NCBI GenBank assembly: GCA_964610875.1 | Contig: CAZSWP010000001.1 | Location: 1 to 64,000 of the forward strand | DNA length: 64,000 bases | Source of the DNA: an uncultured archaeon | GTDB lineage: Archaea > Asgardarchaeota > Thorarchaeia > Thorarchaeales > Thorarchaeaceae | Direction: 5' to 3' | Shown: in pieces, positions 19,387 to 29,810 of the stretch | How positions within the stretch are numbered: the stretch's first letter is position 1 | How the letters are laid out: every line of letters starts with the position of its first letter | The notes under the pieces: model-generated | Told to the model about the DNA's origin: nothing | Database searches by the model: none | What the model saw: only the letters and a program-made list of their open reading frames with translations | Program-made: the position numbers and the translations under genes

Positions 19387-19467
19387 TTAATGACCTCCAA
19401 GATTAATGACTTGTTGTTTCATACAACATTCTCTATTTAAGGCATTGCCGAGTGCATCCTGAAGTTA

Positions 19468-20151
19468 TCACCAAAATCCATAATGCTTGTAGATGCCAGT
19501 TGTGTAGACCACTATAAACGGTACAAGTGCATCAAATATCGACTGAGTAGTATTCAGAATAATTGTGTATGTAGTAATGAATCCTACATCAGTTATACTG
19601 TATAGAAGAGGCACGATAATGATATTGACTGGAATCATGATTACACATCGAAGAACCCAAGCAAATATCATTAAGATAGCAAACCTCTTTGGACTTCCCA
19701 ATTTCGCACCAAACTTTTTTTCTTGAGATGTGGATTCAACAGGGAGGAAGGACCCCTCCCCGCCACGTCTTTCCATTACGCCCAAATATGGGATTAGAAT
19801 CATCGGGGCTGTTGCTAGGAATTTCAACAGGGGTCCAATTGGTGCTGTAGGATCAAAGAAATTCAACACAATTGTGCCCACAATCATACTAAAGCCGCCT
19901 ACCCAAGGACCTCCTATGAGAAATGCAATTATCCAGAATAAAGACGAAGGATCAAAGAGTGCAATTCCCCAGCCAGGGATTCTTGGAATGAATTGGGCTA
20001 CAGGTGCAATTGCCACCGATAGTGCTGCGAAGATAGCTGAAAGAGCCAGTTTCTTTACTCTCTCACTAGCTAGAGATTCTTCTGGAAGTTCCCATGAATC
20101 GATTTCAATATCATCATCATGATGAATATCCTCAATATCTTCGACAGACAT
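19468..20151 (-). CDS. ECF transporter S component
   Basis: LALSAIFAALS, FDPSSLFWIIAFLIGGPWVG, about 5-6 TM helices. Confidence 0.7.
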   Translation of the reverse strand: MSVEDIEDIHHDDDIEIDSWELPEESLASERVKKLALSAIFAALSVAIAPVAQFIPRIPGWGIALFDPSSLFWIIAFLIGGPWVGGFSMIVGTIVLNFFDPTAPIGPLLKFLATAPMILIPYLGVMERRGGEGSFLPVESTSQEKKFGAKLGSPKRFAILMIFAWVLRCVIMIPVNIIIVPLLYSITDVGFITTYTIILNTTQSIFDALVPFIVVYTTGIYKHYGFW

Positions 20152-20207
20152 AGGGCGGACTCAACATAACCAATATATAACTTTACGCATTTAGTATTAG
20201 ATACTCA

Positions 20208-20672
20208 TTATTGAGTATCACTTGATTCGCACCCGAGAAGTCGTTGGACTTTATCATGGACAGTTTTTTCACGGTCTCTTGCTCTACATCTTGTGATCAT
20301 TTGCAATAGTCTTCTAGTTGGTTCTAACCAATCTGGATTGATACGCCATTCTGCCCAATCGATACCTGAGTTCATAGAGGTTCTACTAATTATCAAACGA
20401 GAAGAAACCAAATCGTTCATACCGTTCATTATGGTTCCTATTGTGACTGCTCCGATTACCGGTCTGACTTGTTTTGCTGCTCGCAATAAATCTGCTGTAC
20501 TGACCCATGATCCATCATCAATCAGAATTTTAAGGACTTTTGAACGAACAGGGTCGTTTTCTAGAGCTCCTTTTAATGGAGCAAGATTGATAGATCCTCG
20601 TGCTTGTACGTGCTCTCTCTCTTGTTCCCATGGATTTCTTTGAGCTCTATCTCGTAAATAACTAAAGTCCAT
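20208..20672 (-). CDS. hypothetical winged-helix protein
   Basis: ALENDPVRSKVLKIL...STADLL...EWRINPDW ArsR-like pattern; start moved to ATG 20672. Confidence 0.5.
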   Translation of the reverse strand: MDFSYLRDRAQRNPWEQEREHVQARGSINLAPLKGALENDPVRSKVLKILIDDGSWVSTADLLRAAKQVRPVIGAVTIGTIMNGMNDLVSSRLIISRTSMNSGIDWAEWRINPDWLEPTRRLLQMITRCRARDREKTVHDKVQRLLGCESSDTQ

Positions 20673-20805
20673 TACTGAAGCACCATGTATTATTGTGATA
20701 GTAGTTCTTTTGAACTGCAGTATTATGTTACGACCAAACATCCCTAACAGTTGTGCATGCATTTTGCACAACCCTTATCTATATGCTTCAAAGTATAATA
20801 CAACG

Positions 20806-21189
20806 ATGACAACAGTTAGGAATCCAATCGAAGGATTATTCACAAGAACATTCGATAAGCCATCAGATTTCCTCTGTTGCGCTTTCGGTCTGAGGAGTAG
20901 TGAGATTGATACATATTTCGCTTTACTCTCAGAACCAAAATCAGTGAAGGATATTGCCAAAGATATCAACAAAGATAGGAGTACTGTCCAGCGAGTATTA
21001 TCCAGATTATTAGAAAAAGGCCTTGTTGTAATGGAAACAAAATACTTCGACAGAGGTGGTTTCTATCATGAATATCAGGCTGTTTCAACTGAGGATGTCA
21101 AGCAAGACATTCTAGATCAACTTGATGAATGGTATTCGAAAACCAAAAGATTCTTGTTGAAATCATGGAGTGCCCCGTCTCAACGGTAA
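20806..21189 (+). CDS. TrmB-like HTH transcriptional regulator
   Basis: CAFGLRSSEIDTYFALL..SVKDIAKDINKDRSTVQRVLSRLLEKGLV..GGFYHEY. Confidence 0.82.
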   Translation: MTTVRNPIEGLFTRTFDKPSDFLCCAFGLRSSEIDTYFALLSEPKSVKDIAKDINKDRSTVQRVLSRLLEKGLVVMETKYFDRGGFYHEYQAVSTEDVKQDILDQLDEWYSKTKRFLLKSWSAPSQR

Positions 21190-21207
21190 TAAGTTGAGGA
21201 AAAATAG

Positions 21208-21768
21208 ATGGTTGAGAGTTCCTTATCAAAACACACTGCAATACTAATCACACTTGCGATTCTAGGTTCGATTGGAATCTTCGCACGTTTCTATATAAGA
21301 GTCACATTGATTCCTGGGTTTTTTGAACTGACTTTGGGATTCTTCTTTTCTCTATTGGGTGGGATTATTGGTGGTATTCCTGGTGGCATTTTTGTTGGCA
21401 TTATTGTTGGTCTAGGTGGTCTACTTGCTGGCGGAGAATTTCCATTACTGCCGCTATTGGGTAATATCTGCTTGGGAATCGGTACAGGATATGCAATTCA
21501 TGTTACTCGAGATCGGGAAAGCATCAAATACGCATTTCTGGTTATCATTGGTGGTGCTCTAATCGGTGGATTTCTTCCTACCCTACTAATTTCATTAGCT
21601 TTGGCTGAATCTCTTGTTCTAAGTCTAATTTATGCAGTGTTTGATATGATTCAAGCTTTCGTTTGGGCAGTTCTAGCAATATTTGTTGACAGGACTATTA
21701 TCATTCCATATTTTGGCAACTATCTCTATTATCAGGCAGACGTTTCTAAACTTGAACTGGAGGAGTAA
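21208..21768 (+). CDS. membrane protein, probable ECF S component
   Basis: five to six Gly-rich TM helices, GIIGGIPGG motif. Confidence 0.55.
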   Translation: MVESSLSKHTAILITLAILGSIGIFARFYIRVTLIPGFFELTLGFFFSLLGGIIGGIPGGIFVGIIVGLGGLLAGGEFPLLPLLGNICLGIGTGYAIHVTRDRESIKYAFLVIIGGALIGGFLPTLLISLALAESLVLSLIYAVFDMIQAFVWAVLAIFVDRTIIIPYFGNYLYYQADVSKLELEE

Positions 21769-21773
21769 ATTGA

Positions 21774-22424
21774 ATGACCGATCGCACAATCAAAATTGAT
21801 ATCAAAAAGGATTTATTTGGTGCAAATGAGGATGCAGCAAAACTCAATGCTGAGTTATTCAAAAAACACGGGATTTTCTCAGTTGATATAATGGGTTCTG
21901 TTGGATCAGGTAAGACTCAACTTATCGAAGCTCTATGCGAACGATTAAGCAACAAACACCGTATCCTTATGCTTGCCGGTGATTTAGCGACAACGATTGA
22001 TGCAGACCGTGTTTCTTCACATGGCGTGGATACTATCCAAATTAATACAGGGACTGCTTGTCATCTTGATGCTCGCATGATAAAGGTGTCACTCAAAGAA
22101 ACAGACTTGTCTAGATATAATCTAGTTTTCATTGAAAACGTGGGGAATCTGATTTGTCCCGCTGGATATCCACTTGGTGTTGATAAGAAGGTAGTAGTTG
22201 TTAGTATAACTGAGGGTCCGTATATGATTAGAAAACACCCTCTCACAATCAAACGAGCCGATATGGTGGTTGTGAATAAAATTGATCTTGCTGAAGCAAT
22301 TGGTTTCGATGTTGATGCTTTAGTTGCAGATGTGAGAGAGGTAGATGCAAAAATACCCGTACTTACAGTGAGTGCAAAGACCGGGGAAGGTATAGACAGG
22401 TTGATTTCCGAGCTTGGTGTCTAG
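21774..22424 (+). CDS. hypB: hydrogenase nickel-insertion GTPase HypB
   Basis: GSVGSGKT, QINTGTACHLDA, IENVGNLICPA, NKID, SAKTGEG. Confidence 0.93.
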   Translation: MTDRTIKIDIKKDLFGANEDAAKLNAELFKKHGIFSVDIMGSVGSGKTQLIEALCERLSNKHRILMLAGDLATTIDADRVSSHGVDTIQINTGTACHLDARMIKVSLKETDLSRYNLVFIENVGNLICPAGYPLGVDKKVVVVSITEGPYMIRKHPLTIKRADMVVVNKIDLAEAIGFDVDALVADVREVDAKIPVLTVSAKTGEGIDRLISELGV

Positions 22425-23107
22425 TCCTCTTCATTCAGCTTTTTATTCAGTAATTTTCTAACACCATCGATATGACCTGCACCCAACACTGCTACAACTT
22501 TTCCCTCCACATCATCAAGGATGGATTTCAAAGCGCTTGCAATGTATTCATCCCTCTCTTCGATGAGCACTCTGGAGATGTTTGGAAACTCCTCTTTGAA
22601 ACTTATCATTAAATCCCCTACCGCACCATCTTCTTTTAACATACTCATCAACTTTTCTACACCCAACTCATTCTCTACTTCTTTTGCTGCTCCTGGTATA
22701 GTACCCATGAGTTTGTAGATTTCATCAAGTGGTATGTGCATCAGTGATTGTGCTGTCACTTCGATTGGGCGGTCAATCAAAGCAATTTTTGCTCCTATCT
22801 CTCTTCCTACCTCTATAGCTGCCAGCATTTCTGTCCCTGCAGCAGCTCCGGTTATTGAACCAAGACTCTGTTCCAGAAGTGCAATCTGATTCATCAGGTT
22901 ACCTATTGTATCTCCCTGCGTTATGGGAGGTATGTCCTCTTGCATATTCTCAGCAGGCTCACTCAGTTGCTTGTATCTAGTCCTATCAAGCTCTACAGCT
23001 ACAACATCTGGTTTTGTTTCAAGTACTATTTCTCTTGCGTTCTCCACACTCTCTGTGTCTGTATGAATTACAGCAACGAACACGACTCTTTCCAAGTCAT
23101 TAACCAC
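22421..23107 (-). CDS. TraB/PrgY-domain protein
   Basis: KPDVVAVELD, GTEMLAA, LIDRPI, LIEERD, VLGAGHIDG. Confidence 0.85.
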   Translation of the reverse strand: MVNDLERVVFVAVIHTDTESVENAREIVLETKPDVVAVELDRTRYKQLSEPAENMQEDIPPITQGDTIGNLMNQIALLEQSLGSITGAAAGTEMLAAIEVGREIGAKIALIDRPIEVTAQSLMHIPLDEIYKLMGTIPGAAKEVENELGVEKLMSMLKEDGAVGDLMISFKEEFPNISRVLIEERDEYIASALKSILDDVEGKVVAVLGAGHIDGVRKLLNKKLNEED

Positions 23108-23305
23108 TTATTGCACTTCCAACTTCAGGGATGGATTACCATCTTTTCTTACTTTCCATTCAAGACAATCCTATTCGAAAGCAAGTAAACGCTTCCAGTT
23201 GAGAAACCCCTTTAGAGGGCCTCTAGAGGTGATAAATCGAAGGCAGAACCTTTTTCATCAACTTAACGTTTACTTACTTGTGTTGTTGTTTAGAGGTTTG
23301 GAGTC

Positions 23306-23659
23306 ATGAAAGCTGATCTTGATGTATCACTAGCCAAATTGATGAATCCCCGGATGAGCGCAGGCCTGATGGTGTTATATAGTCTACTCGATGGATTGAT
23401 GGGGCCTTCTGTTCAACCACGTGATGTCCGTTCAATGGTTGACAAGGCAATGAAGGGGAGAAAGGTGTCAAAACAATCTATAACTAACGCTGCTAGAAGG
23501 CTTGAAGAATCTAATATGCTTAACAGAGAAGATGGATACTCTGTAAACTATGGCTATCTTATTTCAGTTCTCTTGAATGCAGTGTTGGAACTATCTGAGC
23601 GACTGCGTGATCTTGAGGATGAAATTGAAAATCTAAAGTCTTCTTCAGAGTTCAGTTAA
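23306..23659 (+). CDS. hypothetical wHTH + C-terminal coiled-coil protein
   Basis: VSKQSITNAARRLEESNML HTH-like; C-terminal heptads. Confidence 0.55.
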   Translation: MKADLDVSLAKLMNPRMSAGLMVLYSLLDGLMGPSVQPRDVRSMVDKAMKGRKVSKQSITNAARRLEESNMLNREDGYSVNYGYLISVLLNAVLELSERLRDLEDEIENLKSSSEFS

Positions 23660-24837
23660 TTTGCAGGTATTGTCGAAGCTATATACTCCAAGTCATTGAA
23701 CAACGCATTCATCGCTCCCTGATCAACATGTGGCATGATGACCAAGCGAATTGTTGGCGGCAGCGGTGAAGTCGCCATTCGCCACCCTCTCTTCTCCATA
23801 TCTTCCACTATCTGATCAATAGGTCGTACTTTACTTGTTATCCCTAAAATATTCATTACAGGTTCAATTGTTATATCCAACATCTGGGACTGTTTTACTC
23901 TCTCTCGTGCAAAGAATGTTCTTTTCATACAATCCTCTATAATCTTTCTATAACCATTTCTACCCAGATTCTTCATAATTGCCCATGTTGAGAGTATAGA
24001 CGCAGCTGGACGTGTTCCAAGAATGGATGCTTGAGTTGCACTTGCTCCTCGAAGATAGGGTACTTTACTTGTGATTTTTTTCAACTGTTCCCCATCACGA
24101 AATACAACAGAACCAGCGGGAATTGGAGCAAGACCCATTTTATGTGGATCTACACTAATACTTGACACTCCTGGTACAGAAAAATCGAAATTTCCCTTGA
24201 AGAGTCCGAGATCTTTGAGGAATGGTATAACAAAGCCTCCGAAAGCAGCATCAACATGCATAAAGATTTCATGTTCTTCTGCAATCTCTCCCATCTCTGG
24301 AATGGGATCTACTTGACCAAGGTAGGTTGTGCCTGCAGTAGCAAAAATACCAATCGTGTTATTGTTGATAGTTTTCTTGATAGCCTGAATATCTGCCTTA
24401 AATTCATCATCTACCTTGGTTCTTACCAGTTTCACTCCGAGTAACCAAGCAGCTTTATCGATTGAAGAATGTGCATTCTCTGGAGCTATTACTTCTGGCT
24501 TTTTCCCCCTCTCTTTGGAGCTCTCTCTTGCTGAAAGCATAGCAAGGATGTTTGACTCCGTTCCTCCAGAGGTCGTTGTACCAAAAGGTGACCTGAGGTT
24601 GAGTAGGTCTCCTAGCATTCGGATGACGTCCTGTTCTATCTGAGCTGAACCTTCGAATGTGTGCAAACGTCCTGCATTTTTTTCAAGAGTTCTCGAAAAA
24701 ACTTCAACTCCTAGTGGATGCGGAATAGTCGACATTGACGCTATAGGATGGCCTGAGCTATATGTAGAATCAGCTTCCAGAATTTTTTGAAGCTGTTCAA
24801 GTACTATTTGCGCATCAAGGCCTTTCTCGTTGAACAT
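23656..24837 (-). CDS. mfnA: PLP-dependent L-tyrosine/L-aspartate decarboxylase
   Basis: TSGGTESN, HVDAAFGGF, SVDPHKMG (PLP lysine), GTRP, RLVIMPHV. Confidence 0.88.
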   Translation of the reverse strand: MFNEKGLDAQIVLEQLQKILEADSTYSSGHPIASMSTIPHPLGVEVFSRTLEKNAGRLHTFEGSAQIEQDVIRMLGDLLNLRSPFGTTTSGGTESNILAMLSARESSKERGKKPEVIAPENAHSSIDKAAWLLGVKLVRTKVDDEFKADIQAIKKTINNNTIGIFATAGTTYLGQVDPIPEMGEIAEEHEIFMHVDAAFGGFVIPFLKDLGLFKGNFDFSVPGVSSISVDPHKMGLAPIPAGSVVFRDGEQLKKITSKVPYLRGASATQASILGTRPAASILSTWAIMKNLGRNGYRKIIEDCMKRTFFARERVKQSQMLDITIEPVMNILGITSKVRPIDQIVEDMEKRGWRMATSPLPPTIRLVIMPHVDQGAMNALFNDLEYIASTIPAN

Positions 24838-24927
24838 CAGATATACTCCTTTCCATAGGATTCTTCATTGGATGATTTTGTTTGTTGTATAACCCTTGTG
24901 GCTTGACGGATGATTAGATAATACACA

Positions 24928-25467
24928 TTAAGACTGTGGAATGACTCGAATTGCATCTATCCACTCTTTTGCCTTCTTGTCAATCCTCCTTATGAATTCC
25001 TCTTTACCATCAGTATATGCTGCTGGGTTTGTTTCAAATCTCTTTGCATGTTTTTCTTTTAGTTGACTATATGCTCTCGCCTCTTTCGGATGGGATATCA
25101 TGTAGTCTCTAAAGTTTAGAAGACGTTGGACTTCAGGATGTCCCGCCTCAAAGATATGGAGATGATGAGTATCAGTTTCGCCAATACTCTTCACAAAATA
25201 CCCTCCACCTTTGATACCAAATTCTCTTCGTGTTTCATAACCAATCTCTGCAAGATTATCTATGTATGATTCAATCCTAGATATATCACGAACTTCAGCA
25301 AGAATGTCAATAGTGGGTTTTGCTTTGATACCAGGAATGACCGTGCTTCCTATATGGTACATTACAATCACTTCGAACCGAAGAACTGAACGAATTATTT
25401 TTGCCTCTTCATGATACATATCTGACCATTTGGGATTATGCTGCTCGAGGACAATTATCCGGCTCAT
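24928..25467 (-). CDS. GrpB family protein
   Basis: HIGSTVIPGIKAKPTIDI, HHLH, FRDY, YTDGKEEFI. Confidence 0.88.
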   Translation of the reverse strand: MSRIIVLEQHNPKWSDMYHEEAKIIRSVLRFEVIVMYHIGSTVIPGIKAKPTIDILAEVRDISRIESYIDNLAEIGYETRREFGIKGGGYFVKSIGETDTHHLHIFEAGHPEVQRLLNFRDYMISHPKEARAYSQLKEKHAKRFETNPAAYTDGKEEFIRRIDKKAKEWIDAIRVIPQS

Positions 25468-25659
25468 TCTTTGACCTCTGTTCTCTCATTTTTGATTTGC
25501 TTTTGAGAATACTGAGATATGCAAGAGATGATCAGTGATTATTGGTCCCGTGATTGAGTTATCAGGAAACAATGTCACTGCTAAATCCCGTGAAAGGACT
25601 CTTTTTTATTTATTTGTCTTCATGGAGTGTAGATATCTTGGGCAAGTGTTGTCTATTTG

Positions 25660-26230
25660 TTTGCTATCCTTTTAATGATGTTAACAAGTAGTAAAACGAA
25701 TACAATCTCAAATCCTATGTAGGTCAGTATCCATTTTATCGTTGTCGCTGCGCTAGCAAGTAAATTTAATCGGTTCTGAGAGAGTTGGATGACTAGCTAT
25801 TTGTAGAAGAATCAGAAGGTTTTCTACATAGTCCATTATAAAACTAAAGATTGGAATTAGAAGAGTATATTGTATTGGAGCGTTCTAAGGATTTGTTCTT
25901 CGTAATAGTAGAATAATCCCAAATGCAAGAGTAAATCCTTACACCCACGGGAAGATAAAATCCCGCGGGCGCATCTGAACCAAAGCATTTAGTCCATCAT
26001 TTCCAAGTATATCAAATGCCTCTTGAATCTCCAAAGGTCCATAGATAATTCTGATGTCCTGCATATCAGCTTCACCGTAGATATCATACACCATTGTCTG
26101 AGTAAGATATCCCATGATTGAAACAGATGTGATACTCAAAATGATAGCACTAGCCAAGTTTCGCCCAGTAGATTACTGGTCTATAATTTTTACAAACTTC
26201 TTCAATGAAATCAAACTCCCCACTTCATTT
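25660..26230 (-). pseudogene. disrupted uncharacterised membrane protein
   Basis: DIRIIYGP..AFDILGNDG..DFIFPWV, stop, then GFTLAFGIILL and further-shifted MDYVENLLIL...ATTIKWIL; one family pattern broken by a stop and frameshifts; ends approximate. Confidence 0.5.
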
Positions 26231-26272
26231 TGTATTGAAACCTAAGGAGATTTGAAAATGAATAAGTTATGC

Positions 26273-27310
26273 CTATGTCTTTATACTGCGATATATTTCA
26301 AGAACATCCTCGAGAATGGAATATCCAGTGGGGAGTCTGCCTGCTCCCGGACCTATAATCGTAACATCCTCAAGATATTTTGTAGAATATGTTATGGCAT
26401 TTGTTGGACCCATGACTGAGGCAAGTGGATGCTCTAATGATATCTCGATTGGTTTCACGTGCGCTTGAACTGTTCCATCACTCAACCTTTCAGCAGTTGC
26501 TATTAACTTCCAGCGCATATCCCTTTTCTTTGCGTTCCGTATATCCGTTTCAGTTATTTTTGAAATACCTTGACAAGAGATATCTTCTACTTTCAAGGAA
26601 GCCCCCATGATCGTGTTTGCAATGATAACAATTTTTGCTAGAGCATCATGTCCCTCTACATCAGCTGTTGGATCTGCTTCTGCATAACCAAGGTCTTGAG
26701 CCTGTATTAATGCATCACTGTAACTCAGTCCCTTCTCCATTTCTGTTAGAATGTAATTTGTTGTGCCATTCAAAATTCCCTGTACTTTCGTTATATCTGA
26801 AGCTGCAAGACTGTTTAATCCAAGAGTAACTGCTGGCGTACCACTGAGTACCGTTCCTTCATACTTTAGTTGGACCCTATTCTTCTGTGCGAGTTCAAGG
26901 AGTTCTCTAGATGCTAAAGCAACAGGTCCTTTGTTTGCCATGACTACATGTTTGCCACTAGAGAGCGCTGCTTTTGTGTGTGAGATTGCTGGCTCACCTG
27001 TCTTTATGTCTGTCCAAGTGACCTCAACTACGATGTCTGAATTTGTATAAGATGCTACATAGATACTATCGATACCTTTCTTTGCTCTGTGATATCCATC
27101 TATGCTCCCTGTTTCTTTAACAAGGGAGAGGACCTCCTGCATGTCTAGCCCTTCTGGGTCATAGAGGGATCCTTTGAGTTTGTCTGCGATAGCAACAATC
27201 TTCCACTCAAATCCGAATTTATCACGAAGATATTCTTGCTGCTCAACGAGTATCTCTGCAAACCCTTGTCCAACCGTACCGAACCCAATAATCGCAATGC
27301 GAGTAACCAT
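26273..27310 (-). CDS. hom: homoserine dehydrogenase
   Basis: GFGTVG, ANKGP, GILNGTTNYIL, GYAEADPTADVEGHD, GPGAG. Confidence 0.94.
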   Translation of the reverse strand: MVTRIAIIGFGTVGQGFAEILVEQQEYLRDKFGFEWKIVAIADKLKGSLYDPEGLDMQEVLSLVKETGSIDGYHRAKKGIDSIYVASYTNSDIVVEVTWTDIKTGEPAISHTKAALSSGKHVVMANKGPVALASRELLELAQKNRVQLKYEGTVLSGTPAVTLGLNSLAASDITKVQGILNGTTNYILTEMEKGLSYSDALIQAQDLGYAEADPTADVEGHDALAKIVIIANTIMGASLKVEDISCQGISKITETDIRNAKKRDMRWKLIATAERLSDGTVQAHVKPIEISLEHPLASVMGPTNAITYSTKYLEDVTIIGPGAGRLPTGYSILEDVLEIYRSIKT

Positions 27311-27412
27311 AATCTCTTCTCCTGAAAACATCTAGAAATCCATTGATTGTGGTATGCAATCTATGACATCTCATTTTCGATTCATTAAAATGATTTCATA
27401 TCTAGGTATATA

Positions 27413-27655
27413 GTGGTAAATATCAAAATGGGCAACTACTTTCTGACGCATAATGATGCAGGTAGAGAGTATCTGAAACGGTTACTCTATGTGAATATTT
27501 CCTTCTATATCGTAGCTGCAACCGTATATGTTGTTTCCATAGTCGAAACATTCTTCATCATCACGACGTTGTTTTCTGCTTCATTTGTATCCGTTCTTTA
27601 TGTGGCATATTTCATATATTCGAATCCTCCATGTGGACAAGAACATGTTGAATAG
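27413..27655 (+). CDS. small hypothetical membrane protein (possibly a fragment)
   Basis: two hydrophobic segments only. Confidence 0.3.
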   Translation: MVNIKMGNYFLTHNDAGREYLKRLLYVNISFYIVAATVYVVSIVETFFIITTLFSASFVSVLYVAYFIYSNPPCGQEHVE

Positions 27656-28333
27656 ACAGGACTTAGTTTGATATGGGACATCGTCAATTTGGTCTGTTTT
27701 GTACACTTCAGGATACCACAAGCGGATATGCCAATATGTCAAGATTCTCTTGCTAGCTAACGCTGACGCATCAATTGTTTACCTGACCGCCCCGTTTCCC
27801 AACAAAAACCCCACGATTCAGAAGACAACCTCTGACTGGTGATTTTGTTCGATATACTCTCCTGAAGAACGACAGGTGAGGTGAATCTATTCTAAAGTCA
27901 AGGTGGTCCGTGCCTTTTTTCGTTAATCGGGCAGTCCTCAACCCTAATCAGAGATAGGGGTAATCTACTCCGATAGTAGAATAGGGATGCATTCTCCGGA
28001 GATGATATATGTCCCATTCTCCAATACATGGGATGTCGAGCAGCTTTTCGACATCTGGACTGAATAAGGTGCGTGTTAGTGATGGATTTGAATGTAGGTA
28101 TAGAACCGTTCATTCAAAGTTGGAGAATTCTGAATACAAGAGTGTCTTTTTTCCAAATAACAGCATTAAATGGTTTCTGTTGTGATCAATGATTGTGTTC
28201 TAGTGACCAGCTCTCAATTATTGGCTGGAACACGCAAACTCCTATGTTGAGGTGCCCAACTCTGTCGAAGTTCCAAGCAGATGTATGCTAACCTGCAGAT
28301 TCCTTCCGAACATGTAAAGATGAGAGAAGAATC

Positions 28334-29590
28334 ATGTGCTTACAGCGTTATCCCATTATAGACTATTGGAATGATATCACTCTTTTGTCGAACAGTGTCC
28401 AACCCACATCATATGGTACAGCAGCAGATGGGGTTATTATCCTTTATGAGATCGGCCTTCTCATCATTGTCGTATCTCTCATTGCAGCCCTCTTTCGACG
28501 CATCAAACTGCCTGGTCTCATTGGTGCTATTGTAGTGGGCCTATTCATTGGCGGTCCGGGGGGTCTGGGACTGGTCACCAATCTGACAATTATCAATGCG
28601 ATTGCAACTCTAGGTGTTGTTCTCCTGCTCTTCGTCACAGGGCTTGAGTTTGAACTCTCCGAGTTCTGGGCATCAGGAAGGACTGCATTCTTCTTGACTT
28701 CAGTTGGCGCGGCGTTCTCAGTCATTGGTGGATATCTCATGGGAATCTTGCTGGGCTGGTCTCCTATTGCATCATTCATACTAGGAGTTCTCATTGCTCC
28801 AAGCGGAACCAGTGTTATTGCCGCGTTGATATCCAGTGAGAAACTTGGAGGGAGCGATACAGGTTCAACCTTGCTCACTGCATGCATTGTAGATGATGTT
28901 GAAGGGCTAATTCTACTGACAGTCGCCTTGGGCTTACTCACAGATGGTGGAGCCTCTCCACTAAGTATCATCCAAGTCATAGTGATATCAACTGTGTTCA
29001 TCATCGGGTCATTGATGGTTGGAGGAGAGATCATGCCTAAAGCAATAGACCGATTTGGGCAGCACATATCTGAGGAAACACTATTCGCATTTCTTCTTGG
29101 CCTTGGTCTGTTGTTTGCCTACACTGCCAGTCTTATCGGATTAGCTGCTATTACTGGGGCATTTATTATAGGTGCAGTAATCCCCAAAAAACCATTGGGA
29201 GAAGAGATGGCAAAACGACTTGCAACCATGAAAGACCTGTTTGCAGCTATCTTCTTCGTAAGTATCGGTCTGGTCATTAATCCCTATACCATTCCGGATA
29301 TCCTCCCACTCACTCTCTTGATATTGGTAGCTGCGATTGCAGCACGACTCATAGGAGGACTTCTTGGAGGTTTCATTGGAGGATTGAAAGGCGGACCGCT
29401 CATACCCCTTGTACTAGCATTGAGTATCCGAGCCGAGATGTCACTCATCATTGCAAGGGAAGCCGTTCTTTCCGGGGTCTTGGGTGATGAGTTCCTAGTA
29501 ATAGCTACGGTCCTTGTCATTGGCTCTATCATCCTGACAGTACCCTTGTTCTCAAGACTGGTTTCTCATCCCAATCTCTCTGAGGGTTGA
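28334..29590 (+). CDS. cation:proton antiporter (CPA2/Kef family); start uncertain
   Basis: LGVVLLLFVTGLE, ACIVDD, GAFIIG, AIFFVSIG, about 12 TM helices. Confidence 0.88.
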   Translation: MCLQRYPIIDYWNDITLLSNSVQPTSYGTAADGVIILYEIGLLIIVVSLIAALFRRIKLPGLIGAIVVGLFIGGPGGLGLVTNLTIINAIATLGVVLLLFVTGLEFELSEFWASGRTAFFLTSVGAAFSVIGGYLMGILLGWSPIASFILGVLIAPSGTSVIAALISSEKLGGSDTGSTLLTACIVDDVEGLILLTVALGLLTDGGASPLSIIQVIVISTVFIIGSLMVGGEIMPKAIDRFGQHISEETLFAFLLGLGLLFAYTASLIGLAAITGAFIIGAVIPKKPLGEEMAKRLATMKDLFAAIFFVSIGLVINPYTIPDILPLTLLILVAAIAARLIGGLLGGFIGGLKGGPLIPLVLALSIRAEMSLIIAREAVLSGVLGDEFLVIATVLVIGSIILTVPLFSRLVSHPNLSEG

Positions 29591-29810
29591 AATCCGCATT
29601 CACACCATCTGAGATAATAACAGTAGCATTACGAGTATAGAGATCAGATATCTGAGAACGTATCGTCGAATCTTGTCATTTCTCTGCGAGTCAACAATTA
29701 GTTTCGTTTACTGCTGGGTTTTCACTCTTCTGGACCTTTCTGTTCTTGCCTTATTGTCGCACAGAAACATTCAGTTCCCAAAGATATTCGAAAAATAAAT
29801 CGTTCAATGA

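Noticed and set aside
22421-23107. TraB as sign of a conjugative element
   Set aside because: TraB/PrgY-domain proteins are ordinary chromosomal genes in archaea; no transfer genes nearby
28444-29067. 207-aa minus-strand ORF and the many other short antisense/overlapping ORFs in the track
   Set aside because: Shadows of well-supported genes with no motifs of their own
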